From an uncultured delta proteobacterium (GTDB lineage Bacteria; Myxococcota; Myxococcia; Myxococcales; Myxococcaceae): a DNA stretch of 64,000 bases. The translations under genes were made by a program, and so were the position numbers. The notes under the pieces are model-generated. The model was given only the letters and a program-made list of their open reading frames with translations, did no database searches and was not told the DNA's origin. This document shows positions 30,750-40,864 of the stretch, piece by piece. Position 1 is the stretch's first letter. Every line of letters starts with the position of its first letter. The stretch lies in NCBI GenBank assembly GCA_963771175.1, contig CAVYSY010000045.1, forward strand, positions 32,001 through 96,000. Direction: 5' to 3'.

Positions 30750-31495
30750 AAGCCAAGCCGGCCATAGAACTCCTTGGGCCAGTCCTCCGCGTCGGCCATG
30801 AGGAACGTGAAGGCGGCCCCGCGCTCCTTCGCGGCGCGCAGCGCTGCCGCCATGACCGCTCGGGCCAGCCCTCGCCCGCGGTACTCCTCCAGCGTCTCCA
30901 CGTCCTGGATCTCCGCCAGCTCCCCGCCCGGGTAGAGATCGCACGCGCTGGCAATCCTCCCATCGCAGATCGCGCCGAAGTGCCGGACCGACAACTGCCG
31001 GCCGAGGGTGTGGTTGCGTTCGGTGAGCTGCCGCACTGTCTCTTCGTCCCGGACGTACTCCATCCGGCGGAACATCTCCTCCCAGAAGGGGCGGATCTCC
31101 TCGGGCGCCAACTCCCGGACGGTGATGCGGCTGTCCGCCGGAGGCGCCTCTCCCGGATGCGCCATCACCCACTCGCACCGCACCTGCCACCCGAGCGAGC
31201 GGAGGCCCTCCGCGAGCCGCTCGCCGGCGGCCTCGTCATCCACCCAGACGCGGCGATGGGTGTGCCCGGCCTCCCCGTGCAGCGTCTCGGCCTGTCCCGC
31301 GAGCGCCTGCGCCGAGAGGCCCTCCGCGGGCGGATCCACGCGCAGGAAGTTATGGGTCCAGGATTGAGGGAATCGCTCGTTGAGCAGGACGGTCCCTCCG
31401 GGAAAGCGGAGGGCGCGCGTGGCGGTACGGTCCTGAAGCGCTCGGGAGAAGAGGCGGACCCGGGAGAGTGCGTCGGATGGCAGGTCGTTGTTCAT
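30695..31495 (-). CDS. GNAT-family N-acetyltransferase
   Basis: AEIQDVETLEEYRGRGLARAV (acetyl-CoA motif A) and FYGRLGF. Alternative start 31519. Confidence 0.85.
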   Translation of the reverse strand: MNNDLPSDALSRVRLFSRALQDRTATRALRFPGGTVLLNERFPQSWTHNFLRVDPPAEGLSAQALAGQAETLHGEAGHTHRRVWVDDEAAGERLAEGLRSLGWQVRCEWVMAHPGEAPPADSRITVRELAPEEIRPFWEEMFRRMEYVRDEETVRQLTERNHTLGRQLSVRHFGAICDGRIASACDLYPGGELAEIQDVETLEEYRGRGLARAVMAAALRAAKERGAAFTFLMADAEDWPKEFYGRLGFHVLGKFFVCTRTPSSTG

Positions 31496-31603
31496 GGCAG
31501 GGGAGCTCAATGGCAGCACATACTACCAGGGCACCTGCGGTAGAGTCTCAACCCCGAATCCTGGCCATGCGCTGCATGGCCCACCCCACACAGGAGTCGC
31601 ATC

Positions 31604-31828
31604 ATGGCTACGAACGAGAATGAGGATACGACTGGCTACAAGGTCGTGGTGAACCACGAGGAGCAGTACTCCCTCTGGTCGGCCGATCGCGAGAACGCGC
31701 TCGGCTGGAAGGATGCCGGCAAGCAGGGCACCAAGGCCGAGTGCCTGGACTACATCAAGCAGGTCTGGACGGACATGCGCCCCCTGAGCCTGCGCAAGAA
31801 GATGGAAGGACAGTCGCACCGCAACTGA
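31604..31828 (+). CDS. mbtH: MbtH-like protein
   Basis: VVVNHEEQYSLW...GW...G....CLDYI..VWTDMRPLSLR. Confidence 0.97.
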   Translation: MATNENEDTTGYKVVVNHEEQYSLWSADRENALGWKDAGKQGTKAECLDYIKQVWTDMRPLSLRKKMEGQSHRN

Positions 31829-31852
31829 AGCCTTTCGAGAGCAATATCCCCC

Positions 31853-33454
31853 ATGTCCCAGCCCGCCAAGTACCTGAAGCCGAACGCCGCCGCCGAGCCG
31901 CTCTACAACCAGTGGTATGCGTGGTGGTACCTCGTGGCCCCGGCGACCGCGCCGCTCTTCGTGGCCAACCTGCATGTGAAGATCATGCAGTCGTTCGTTT
32001 CCATGCCGGCCGTCCACGTGGCCGCGCTGAAGAACCCGGTGCTGATGGGGGGCCCCTACATCAACCACGGCGCGGAGCGGGTGGGGGAGGTGAAGGCGCT
32101 GCTGGAGCGCACCCTCCGGGAGCAGGCTTCCTCGCTGCGGTTCGCCCAGGCGGTGGCGGAGCTGGACAAGCTGCTGGCCACCGCCAATGGCTCCTCGCTC
32201 GAGGAGCTGTACCGGAAGGTGCCCGACCTGCTCCAGGGGTACGTGGAGCTGACCTATGATCTCAATAACCGTGCGTCGCCGCGCTTCTTCGAGGCGCTCC
32301 TCTACCGCGGCCCCCACTACAAGGAGTCGTCGCAGAGCGTGGCGCTCCGGCTGCTAGAGGGGGACGCGCGGCCCTATGTCTTCAGTACGCCCCGGCTCGA
32401 CTCGATGAACGACACCCTGCACGTGCGAGTGCCTTTCCGGCACGAGGCGCTGGATGGGCTCTTCGCCATGCGGCACACGCCCGGTTCGGTGGAGTCCATC
32501 CGCGAGGCGCTGGGGATCGCCCCCGAGGACTCGGAGCGGTTCTCCACCTTCTTCACGGAGCAGCCTCCACGCCCGACGCCTCGCTATGACGGCGAGGGCG
32601 TCCGGGTGCGCTACTTCGGCCACGCGTGCGTGCTCATCGAGTCGCAGGACGTGAGCATCCTCACGGATCCGGTCGTCAGCTACGAGTTCCCCACGGAGCT
32701 GCCCCGCTACACCCACGCGGATCTGCCGGAGAAGATCGACTACGTCCTCATCACCCATGGCCATGCCGACCACCTGATGCTGGAGACGCTGCTGCCGCTG
32801 CGCGGTCGGATCGGCACGCTCGTGGTCCCCGCGAGCAGCGGCGGCGGGCTGGCGGACCCCTCCCTCAAGCTGTTGCTGCGGAACGTGGGCTTCCGCCGCG
32901 TCGTCACCCTGGAGGAGCTGGAGACCCTGGAGCTCCCCGGATGGTTCGATCACGGGCCTGCCCTTTCTCGGCGAGCACGGCGACCTGAACATCCGGGCGA
33001 AGCTGGCCCACCTCATCCGGCTCGAGGGCAAGTCCCTGCTGATGGCGGCGGACTCCAATGCCATCGAGCCGCGCCTGTACGATCATGTCCAGGCGCGCGG
33101 TGGGAGACATCGACGCGCTGTTCCTCGGGCATGGAGTCCGAGGGCGGTCCGCTGAGCTGGATGTACGGGCCGCTGCCTGCCCGCGCCGCTGCCGCGCAAG
33201 CATGGACCAGTCCCGACGGCTCAACGGCTCCAATTGCGAGCGGGCCATCGAGATCGTCAAGCGGCTCAACCCGACCCAGGTCTACATCTACGCCATGGGG
33301 CGCGAGCCCTGGATGGGCCATGTCATGGTGATGGGCTATCACGAGAACTCGCCGCAGCTCGTCGAGGCCCGCAAGCTCATCGCCTGGTGCCGGGAGCGGG
33401 GCATCTCCGCCAGCCTGCCCTATGTGCCGGGCCGAGTTCTTCCTCGGCGCTTGA
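31853..33454 (+). CDS. CmlA-type non-heme diiron beta-hydroxylase (MBL fold), frameshifted in the 3' third
   Basis: EPLYNQWYAW N-terminus, YFGHACVLIE, ITHGHADH; after frameshifts PFLGEHGDL, MAADSN and YIYAMGREPW. Confidence 0.85.
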
Positions 33455-33473
33455 ACGATACGTGGACCTGACC

Positions 33474-34226
33474 ATGCCCCCTCCTGTCTCCAAGAACCCC
33501 TGGTTCCATAGCCAGAGCAACCCGCGAGCCCGCCTGCGCTTGATTTGCTTTCCGTATGCGGGAGGTGGTGCCTCGCTCTACAGCGGCTGGGGGGCGCGGC
33601 TCCCGGATGTGGAGGTGTGCGCCGTCCAGCTCCCAGGCCGGGAGCGTCGTGTTCGGGAGGCGCCGCTCCGCGAGATGTCCGTCTTGCTGGACGCACTGGA
33701 GCCGGCGCTGGCTCCGCTGGTGGACAAGCCCTTCGTCCTCGTTGGCTACAGCATGGGGGCGGGTATCGCCACGGCGCTCGCGCAGCGCTGGCAGGCCCGA
33801 GGCGGGCCTCTGCCGCGGGGGTTGCTGGTCCTCGCGGCCGGTGCTCCGCATCTGTCGCGGCCGTCACGTGACAAGCTCGATGACGCACGCTTCATCGAGG
33901 TGCTGCGCAATTATGGGGGCACGCCCCCCGAGGTCTTCGAGCACAGCGAGCTGATGGAGATGGTGCTGCCACTTCTGCGCGCCGACTTCGCCCTCTCCGA
34001 CACGGTGCTGCCCGCGGAGCCCGTGCGGTGCCCCATCTCCGTCTGGAGCGCGACCGAGGATCCCTACGTCACCGAGGAGCGGCTCGAGCGCTGGCGCGAG
34101 CTGACCACCCTCGAGTGCAGGGTGCGCCAGTTCCCCGGAAGCCACTTCTTCATCCGGACGGCCTGGGAGCAGGTGGTGGAGGCGCTGCGGGAGGAGCTCC
34201 CTGGCTGGTGCCCTGCCGGCCGCTGA
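33474..34226 (+). CDS. Stand-alone (type II) thioesterase
   Basis: CFPYAGGGAS, VQLPGRE, GYSMG, FPGSHFF. ATG at 33474. Confidence 0.92.
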   Translation: MPPPVSKNPWFHSQSNPRARLRLICFPYAGGGASLYSGWGARLPDVEVCAVQLPGRERRVREAPLREMSVLLDALEPALAPLVDKPFVLVGYSMGAGIATALAQRWQARGGPLPRGLLVLAAGAPHLSRPSRDKLDDARFIEVLRNYGGTPPEVFEHSELMEMVLPLLRADFALSDTVLPAEPVRCPISVWSATEDPYVTEERLERWRELTTLECRVRQFPGSHFFIRTAWEQVVEALREELPGWCPAGR

Positions 34227-34240
34227 ATCACTGCTTGAAC

Positions 34241-34855
34241 CTACTGTCCACGTAGCCGGGGCAAGTCCAACTCGGCCTCGTACTCCTCCCGCTGTTGCCG
34301 GGACGAGGGAGGCTGGAGCTTGCGTACCTCGACGAGCTTGCCGGGGTCGTCGAGACGGCTTCCATCCAGGAAGCGCCAACCCGTGCCCTTGCATTCGGGG
34401 CAGGTCCTTCCGTCGACCTTGCCCGTCATCAAGCACTCATCGCACGTGGCGTAGAGTGAGATGATGCGCAGCTCGCCTTCTACTCGCGCGGCGTAGAGGT
34501 TGGCTCCGTAGACGTCGACGATGAATGCTCGCGAGTCGCTGACATAGGCGCGGAAGACGTCTCCGAGCTCGGGATGGAGGTACTGCTTCACCTGGAAGAG
34601 CGTCCTCGGCCTGAGCTGCTCGAGGACCTGCTGTCCCGTCTCGAACCAGTCCTCTCCGAGGATGCCGAGCTCCAGGTCGTCGATGCCGCGGACCCGGGAG
34701 TCCGGCGTCCTGACGCCTTTCAGGAATCCCTCGAATGCCTCGAGCTTCTTCGCGTAGAGGCTGGAGTCCCGTTCGCCGTAGGCGGCCTCCGCCATCTCGT
34801 ATTCAGCCCGGATGAACCGCTGGAAGAAGTCCACCGCCTCGTTCATCACAGACAC
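34241..34855 (-). CDS. Hypothetical protein, candidate immunity protein with C-terminal 4-Cys Zn-finger
   Basis: Lies 3 bp downstream of the toxin gene. CDEC..TGK....CPECKGTG resembles DnaJ CxxCxGxG repeats. Confidence 0.6.
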   Translation of the reverse strand: MSVMNEAVDFFQRFIRAEYEMAEAAYGERDSSLYAKKLEAFEGFLKGVRTPDSRVRGIDDLELGILGEDWFETGQQVLEQLRPRTLFQVKQYLHPELGDVFRAYVSDSRAFIVDVYGANLYAARVEGELRIISLYATCDECLMTGKVDGRTCPECKGTGWRFLDGSRLDDPGKLVEVRKLQPPSSRQQREEYEAELDLPRLRGQ

Positions 34856-34858
34856 TCC

Positions 34859-37800
34859 TCATCCAGAGAACTTCACGTCGCGGAACCCGATCCACAGATC
34901 CGGGCCCGTGAACATCGGATCGATAGTCGGAGCATGAGGGCCCTTGAGGGTGAGGGTGTACTTGACGTTGGCGACCCGTTTCAAGTCAGCGCTGGCTCCG
35001 ATGAGTCCCGTGTTCAACTTGGCCGCGATCTCCTGTTGGAGGTTGTTCTTGTCCCAGTGGGGATAGTGGGCCAGCAGCTTGGCCCCCAGATCCCGCATGA
35101 TGCGTGGAATCAACTGGGGAGCGAGGACCTCCATCCAGTAGACGTTGACCTTGAGATCGAAGGTGACATTCGCCGTGTCCAACGAGAGGGACTCGAGCTG
35201 TCCGAGGTAGGCCCTCCAGGTGTTGTGGATCCGCGTCTCGATGGCCTTCATCACCGGGTCATTGAAGTAGGCGCTCGTGGTGATGAGGTTGAGCGCGTTC
35301 TTGTAGCCGGAGCCGGTGAATTGATCGGCGATCAGGTGGGCATTCACCATGGAGCGGTCGGGCACGTACGCACTGGCTTCACTCGTGTATCCGCGAAGCG
35401 TGATGCCCAGGTCTCGCTTGTGCCGCAGGCCGGTTCCCTGGATCTCCCGGATGAGCCCATCGACACGCTCGACGGTGAACTGGGCGTCCCCCGCGCCCTT
35501 GTAGACGAGCGAGAGGGTCCTGCCATCGGCGCTCTCGAGCCTGCTCAGGATGTCGGGTTTGTATTTGTCGTGGAGGCCCTCGACCTCGGTCTCGAACCGG
35601 GTCTTGTAGTCCCGGTAGATGTGGGCGTCGGTGGCGGCCTCACGCTCGCCCATGAAGATCTGGTTCAGCAGCGCCGCTCTGGCATTCGTGAAGGGCGGCA
35701 GGTTTTGATGGAGCGAGCCCTTGTAGTTGATGAGGACACTCTCGGACTTCTCAGCGGTCCGCTCATCGGCGGGGGCCCCGACATCCGTGAGGGCCTTCTG
35801 GACCTCCTTGATGCCCCGGGCGTGGAACTTCTTCCCGAAGTCGTTGTCCTGGTTCAACGGCCCCTGGAACATCTTCTGGGTGAGCGAGTCATTCGCGATG
35901 GTGCTCCGAGCGGCCTGCCAGTTGGCGAGGCTCTGGTAGGCGGTCGCGTTGTCGGTGAGCGCCTTGCGCAACAGCGGCTGGGCCGTGTCGTCCGCCATGG
36001 CGAGCTGCGGTGCGAACCGCTGGACCGGAGCGGCCCCGGTGTCGCCGAAGAGTTGGAAGAGCTGTTGCAGGATGCCGGAGAGTTGCTGTTCCTGCGATTC
36101 GAGCTGGCTGTCGTCCGGGGGGGTTGGAGTCGAGCCTCCGGTGGAACCGGCGCCGGGCGTGCCCGCGGCCGGGGGCCGGGTGGGGACGTTCCTCCACTCC
36201 TGGGCCAGCGTGTCCGCCGAGGTATCGGCTGCCCGGGTCAACGCCTGGGCCTGGATGAGGAGGCCATGCGCCCGCTGGCGAGGTCTGATCCCCTGTGCAT
36301 CGGGATCATCCGACAGCTCACCCAGCCGGGCATTCCAGCCATCCAGCAGGGTCAGCACTGACGCCGGGGTGCTGGCGACCATGATCGTCGCCCGCGTGCC
36401 CTGGACGTCGACCCACATGCGGTGCGACTCGCCGTCCGCGCTGAAGCGCACCGTCTCTCCCAGCTCGGTGTCGGTGCCCGGCGCGCCGGGTGCCGCCTGC
36501 TCCCGGCCTCCCAGCCCCATGGCGCGCAGCAGCCGCTGGGCCTGATCGGCGATCCACCCGATGACCCGGTCGAGGATGCCCTCCACCCAGTTCTGCATGC
36601 CCTGGATGGCGTCCCGGATGCGATCGGGCAGATTGCCCAGCCCGAGGTAGCCCGCCAGGAAGTCGATGACCGGGGCGATGAGCCGCGCCAGTCCCTGCTC
36701 GATCGCTTTCGCCATGCCGGCGGTGTTGCCGCGCAGGAGGTCGGCAATCCCATTCACCACCGTCTCGACGAGGCTGAAGAGGCGAGCGGCGTTCTCGAAG
36801 ATCCACTTGAGGACCCGGTAGATGGCCTCCAGCGCCTGCAGGATGGCGCCCACCGGGTTGAACATCATCAGGATGCGCGCCGTCACCCGGGTGATGACCG
36901 CCTCCATGATGGCGTCGCGTGCCGCCGTGAGGACCTGATCGAGGATCTCCCGCGGGTTGAGCCGATCCTTGAGCAGCTCGAAGATGCCGGCCGGGCCCTG
37001 CTGCACCAGCGTGGAGATGATCGTCCAGGCCTGCTCGAGCAGCGCCATGTTCCGCTCGCCGATCCGCTTGGCGATGAGACGCCGGATGCGGTCCCACGAG
37101 ATGCCCATGAGCTGCAGGAAGAAGGTGATGAGGCTGCCCAGGGACATGTCCCGCGGAATCTGGATCCCCAGGGTTCCGAGGCCCGAGAAGAGCCACTCGA
37201 CCAGCCCTCGGAGCAGGTGGCTCCCGACGTTGTCGAAGAAGAGGCGGAAGCCCTCGCCCACGGCCCGCATCAGGTTGCCGGCGAAGCCCACCGGATCATC
37301 CGCGATGTCGGCGATGACCTGCTGGATTCGCGCCACCACCGCCCAGAAGGCGGCGGGAGGAATGCCCAGCAGCGACAGCAGCCCCTCGATGATGAAGCGG
37401 GCGGGATCCCTCAGGAAGGAGTCGATGGCATCCGCGATGCGACCGACGAGTCCTCGCGCCCGCTCCCTCAGCCCGTGGACCTGCTGCCGTACCTCCTGGA
37501 CCGCCTGGGAGGCCTGCTGGATGAGCTGCTGGTTGAACTGATCCCTGCGCTGGCGGGCGCTGTCCCTCAACCCATCCAGGCTCTGGCCGAGCCGGGCCTG
37601 CTCACCCGCCGCCCACGCCTGGAGGCTCTCGGGGAGCTGGGAGAACACCTGGGCGATGTCCGCTCGCGCCTGCTCGATGAGGGCCTCGCAGGTGGCGATG
37701 ACGCCGTTGACCTGGCGGGAGATGTCCCGCGCCAGCTCACAGGCACCATCTCCGAACGCGCGCTCGGCCCGGTCGTACTCCTGGACGACCCAGTCCGGCA

Positions 37801-39469
37801 TGCCGGCGACGGCATCCCAGAGCGACACCAGCGCTCCGGTGGCGCCGGAATGGCGCTCCTCGATCGAGCGCTCGACCCGGCGCAGGTCCGACTTGAAGGT
37901 GTTGGACAGCCGCTGGATGCCAGCATCCCAGCGCTGCATGGCGGTGTCGGTCAGCGGGCGCAGCAGCTCCTCGACGCGCCGTTGGGCCTCGTCGAAGATG
38001 GTCTGCGCCCGAGCGCTGGCCTGCGTGCGCATCTGCTCCTCGGAGCCGACCATCCGCCCCTGCTGGGTGCGCGCACCGGTGGTGGTCCGGGTGCGCGAGG
38101 AACGCAGTGCCTCGAGGGCTGCTTCCTGGAGCTGGGCCATGTCGGCCCGGGAGCGGTTGAGCGTGGCTTCCTGCTCGGCGAGCACCTCCGAGGGACCGTC
38201 GGCCGCGGTCTGCTCCAGCTCTCCCTGGGCGCGGCGAGCCTCGGAGATGGGGCCATCCTGCACGAGCCGAGCCGGCTCGCTCTCCATTCCCGCGTCCGCC
38301 ATGCGCTGCTGGTTCGCCGCGACATCCGCGTCCAGGGAGACATTGGCGGCGGGCACCGGGTCCGGCGTGGCGCTCCGCGCGTTGATGGGGGGAGTCGGAG
38401 CCACCTCCGGGGTCGGCGGCATCTCCTGCCCTGGGTCCGGGGGAGCGGGGGCCGGTTCCTGCTGGAGCCCCTGGTAGGCACCCTGGACGCCGCTGACCTC
38501 GCCCTGGACTCCCTGGCCGATCTCCGAGCCCGCATCGCGCGCCATCTCCTCCGGCTTGGCCTCGACCAGCGACTCCTCGTCGGGTGGACGCTTGTTGCGG
38601 ATGACCTGGCGGATGCGCTCGCAGAGTTGCTCGATCTCCGGGCTCGGCTCGGGCTGCTGCCCCAGCGCCTCCACCAGACTTCCCTGGGCGCGGGCCTCCC
38701 GCTCCGCCACGGGCGTGGTGACCGCTTCCCGCGCGTCCGCCACCTGCTCGCCCGCCGGAGGGAGCGAGGACTGGGCGGAGGCGGTCGCGGACGCGCTCGC
38801 CTGGACCGAGGCGACGCGTGCCCGGGCGTTGGGAGAGAGCGTCTCGGGCGGCTCGGGCATCAGCAGGCCGCCGCCTCCTCCTCCCGTGCGCCGGGCGGGT
38901 GCTCCTCCGCCTTCCGCTCCAGCGGCTCCTCCCGTCATGGCCTCCTGTGCGGCACCGCCGCCGCCTCCTTCGCGGGATCGTCTGGGCTCCTCGGCGGAGG
39001 GGACGTTGGCGGGCGTGACGCTCGGGGCTCCAGCGGCCGTCGTGGGTGGAGCACTCACGGCGGAGGTGGACGTTGGCGCGGTGCCCCCCGCCGAAGAAGC
39101 CGATGCAGCCGCGAACGCGACAGTGGCCTGGATGATGGGTGCCGCGGGAGACGGAGCCGCCATGGCCCCGGGAGCCGCCGTGGCCCGAGGTGTGGCCTGG
39201 GCGGGACGGGCCACGGCGGGCGAGGCGCTCGCGGAAGGCGCGGGGCGCTCGGCGGCGCGGGCCCGTGGAGCCGTGGTGGCGGCGGGTGCCCTGGTCGCGG
39301 AGGGCACGGTGGGTCGCTCGGCCTGGCGGATGATGTTGGCGAGGTCCGCCGCGCCGCGAGAGGGCGTCAGCGTGGGGGCTCGCCGCTCGGCGCGAGCGGG
39401 GGCCGTCCCCGTCGCGCGGGCGGGCTGGACGGCGGGGCGGGCCAGGGTGCGAGACCGGCGGGGCTCCAT
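34859..39469 (-). CDS. eCIS cargo/effector with C-terminal DNA/RNA non-specific endonuclease-like domain
   Basis: Ala/Pro-rich N-terminus, long helical core; C-terminal AHLIADQFTGSG...NLITTS..FN...M..IE resembles His-Me (Endonuclease_NS_2) nucleases. Confidence 0.75.
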   Translation of the reverse strand: MEPRRSRTLARPAVQPARATGTAPARAERRAPTLTPSRGAADLANIIRQAERPTVPSATRAPAATTAPRARAAERPAPSASASPAVARPAQATPRATAAPGAMAAPSPAAPIIQATVAFAAASASSAGGTAPTSTSAVSAPPTTAAGAPSVTPANVPSAEEPRRSREGGGGGAAQEAMTGGAAGAEGGGAPARRTGGGGGGLLMPEPPETLSPNARARVASVQASASATASAQSSLPPAGEQVADAREAVTTPVAEREARAQGSLVEALGQQPEPSPEIEQLCERIRQVIRNKRPPDEESLVEAKPEEMARDAGSEIGQGVQGEVSGVQGAYQGLQQEPAPAPPDPGQEMPPTPEVAPTPPINARSATPDPVPAANVSLDADVAANQQRMADAGMESEPARLVQDGPISEARRAQGELEQTAADGPSEVLAEQEATLNRSRADMAQLQEAALEALRSSRTRTTTGARTQQGRMVGSEEQMRTQASARAQTIFDEAQRRVEELLRPLTDTAMQRWDAGIQRLSNTFKSDLRRVERSIEERHSGATGALVSLWDAVAGMPDWVVQEYDRAERAFGDGACELARDISRQVNGVIATCEALIEQARADIAQVFSQLPESLQAWAAGEQARLGQSLDGLRDSARQRRDQFNQQLIQQASQAVQEVRQQVHGLRERARGLVGRIADAIDSFLRDPARFIIEGLLSLLGIPPAAFWAVVARIQQVIADIADDPVGFAGNLMRAVGEGFRLFFDNVGSHLLRGLVEWLFSGLGTLGIQIPRDMSLGSLITFFLQLMGISWDRIRRLIAKRIGERNMALLEQAWTIISTLVQQGPAGIFELLKDRLNPREILDQVLTAARDAIMEAVITRVTARILMMFNPVGAILQALEAIYRVLKWIFENAARLFSLVETVVNGIADLLRGNTAGMAKAIEQGLARLIAPVIDFLAGYLGLGNLPDRIRDAIQGMQNWVEGILDRVIGWIADQAQRLLRAMGLGGREQAAPGAPGTDTELGETVRFSADGESHRMWVDVQGTRATIMVASTPASVLTLLDGWNARLGELSDDPDAQGIRPRQRAHGLLIQAQALTRAADTSADTLAQEWRNVPTRPPAAGTPGAGSTGGSTPTPPDDSQLESQEQQLSGILQQLFQLFGDTGAAPVQRFAPQLAMADDTAQPLLRKALTDNATAYQSLANWQAARSTIANDSLTQKMFQGPLNQDNDFGKKFHARGIKEVQKALTDVGAPADERTAEKSESVLINYKGSLHQNLPPFTNARAALLNQIFMGEREAATDAHIYRDYKTRFETEVEGLHDKYKPDILSRLESADGRTLSLVYKGAGDAQFTVERVDGLIREIQGTGLRHKRDLGITLRGYTSEASAYVPDRSMVNAHLIADQFTGSGYKNALNLITTSAYFNDPVMKAIETRIHNTWRAYLGQLESLSLDTANVTFDLKVNVYWMEVLAPQLIPRIMRDLGAKLLAHYPHWDKNNLQQEIAAKLNTGLIGASADLKRVANVKYTLTLKGPHAPTIDPMFTGPDLWIGFRDVKFSG

Positions 39470-39517
39470 GACGTCCTCAGTGCGAGAGGGAGCTGCGTGA
39501 CGTCGGGCGTGGGCTCG

Positions 39518-40864
39518 TCACAGCGTCTTGCCCTCCTTCTGGTACTCCCGGCGGACGCCCTCGTGGATGTCGGCCAGGAGGATCTCCCGGCTCTGTCGCT
39601 GGATTGCCATGAGCGAGCAGTACCTCACGACGTTGAGGATGGAGCCGCCCGCGAGCTCGTACCGCTCGGCCAGCTCGGGGAGGAGGACGTCCGGCCCGAG
39701 CGTGCAGACGGGGGAGAACGCGTTGCTCCACAGCCGCAGGCGCTCGGCGGGTTTGGGCATGGGGAAGTGCACCACCGATTGGAAGCGGCGCAGGAACGCG
39801 TCGTCCAGGTTGGCCTTGAGATTCGACGCCAGGATGACGAGGCCCGCGAACTCCTCGAGCCGCTGCAGGAGGTACGCCACCTCCTGGTTGGCGTAGCGGT
39901 CATGCGCGCTGGAGACGCTCGTGCGCTTGCCGAAGAGCGCGTCCGCCTCGTCGAAGAAGAGGATGCAGTCCTGCTGCTCGGCGTGCTGGAAGACGCTCTC
40001 CAGGTTCTTCTCCGTCTCACCGATGTATTTGGACACCACGAGCGAGAGATCGACCCGGAACACGTCCCTCCGGGCCTGCTTGCCGAGGAGCGCGGCGGTG
40101 AGTGTCTTGCCGGTGCCGGGCGGGCCGTGGAAGAGGCACCGGTAGCCGGCGCCCAGCTTCCGCCCCAGGCCCCACTCGTGGAGCAGGGTGTGCCCGCAGT
40201 CCATCCAGGCGCGGATCTCCGCGATCTGATTGGACACGAACGGCTCCAGCACGAGCTCGTCCCACGAGAGCTCGCAGGTGAGCCGCCGGGCGGGGAACGA
40301 GGGCCCGAAGGCGGGGCGCCGCGTGCGGCCGAGGGTGAGGCGATCCACGAGCTCGGGGGACACGGTCAGCCGGGCCGAGCCGAGCGTGTCGAGTCCGGGT
40401 TGGGGCTCGAGCCGCAGGAAGTGGGAGCGGAAGAAGACGTGGGTGCTGTCGAGCAGGGTGCTCGCCGCCATCCGCAGGTGCAGGTCGTCGCCCGCGAGCA
40501 GGAAGAGGGCCGTCTCCGCGGTGGGCTGGAAGCCGCCGTGCGGAGGAACCACGCCGCCGAACTCGGTGAAGGGACGCTCGAGGATGGCGTTGCGGCTCAA
40601 GAACACGTCCAGGGCCTGCGGGCGGACGTGGGGCGCCAGCGCCAGGGCGAGCAGGATGCGCTCGGGAGGCGTGAGCTGGTGCTCCAGGACGAAGCGGGAG
40701 TAGGCCGCGTCAGGGGACCGCGGCTCGGGAGGCGGCAGCTCGTCGATGGAGGCGACGGGACACTCCTGGCCGCAGTGGAGGCGGACGCGGGCGTCGATGA
40801 TCCGCTGGAACCAGTCCAGCTCCGCCTGGAGGGCCGCCGCGTTCGCTTGGAGTTCCGGACTCAT
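39518..40864 (-). CDS. eCIS AAA+ ATPase (Afp15/Pvc15-like)
   Basis: GPPGTGKT, VVSKYIGETEKNL, LFFDEADALFGKR, DRYANQEV. Confidence 0.92.
   Translation of the reverse strand: MSPELQANAAALQAELDWFQRIIDARVRLHCGQECPVASIDELPPPEPRSPDAAYSRFVLEHQLTPPERILLALALAPHVRPQALDVFLSRNAILERPFTEFGGVVPPHGGFQPTAETALFLLAGDDLHLRMAASTLLDSTHVFFRSHFLRLEPQPGLDTLGSARLTVSPELVDRLTLGRTRRPAFGPSFPARRLTCELSWDELVLEPFVSNQIAEIRAWMDCGHTLLHEWGLGRKLGAGYRCLFHGPPGTGKTLTAALLGKQARRDVFRVDLSLVVSKYIGETEKNLESVFQHAEQQDCILFFDEADALFGKRTSVSSAHDRYANQEVAYLLQRLEEFAGLVILASNLKANLDDAFLRRFQSVVHFPMPKPAERLRLWSNAFSPVCTLGPDVLLPELAERYELAGGSILNVVRYCSLMAIQRQSREILLADIHEGVRREYQKEGKTL

Noticed and set aside
31561..31581. Sigma-54 promoter upstream of mbtH
   Set aside because: GG-GC spacing is 9 rather than 10 nt. 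Only a short GC-rich hairpin (GGCCATGC-GCT-GCATGGCC) remains, which is weak evidence.
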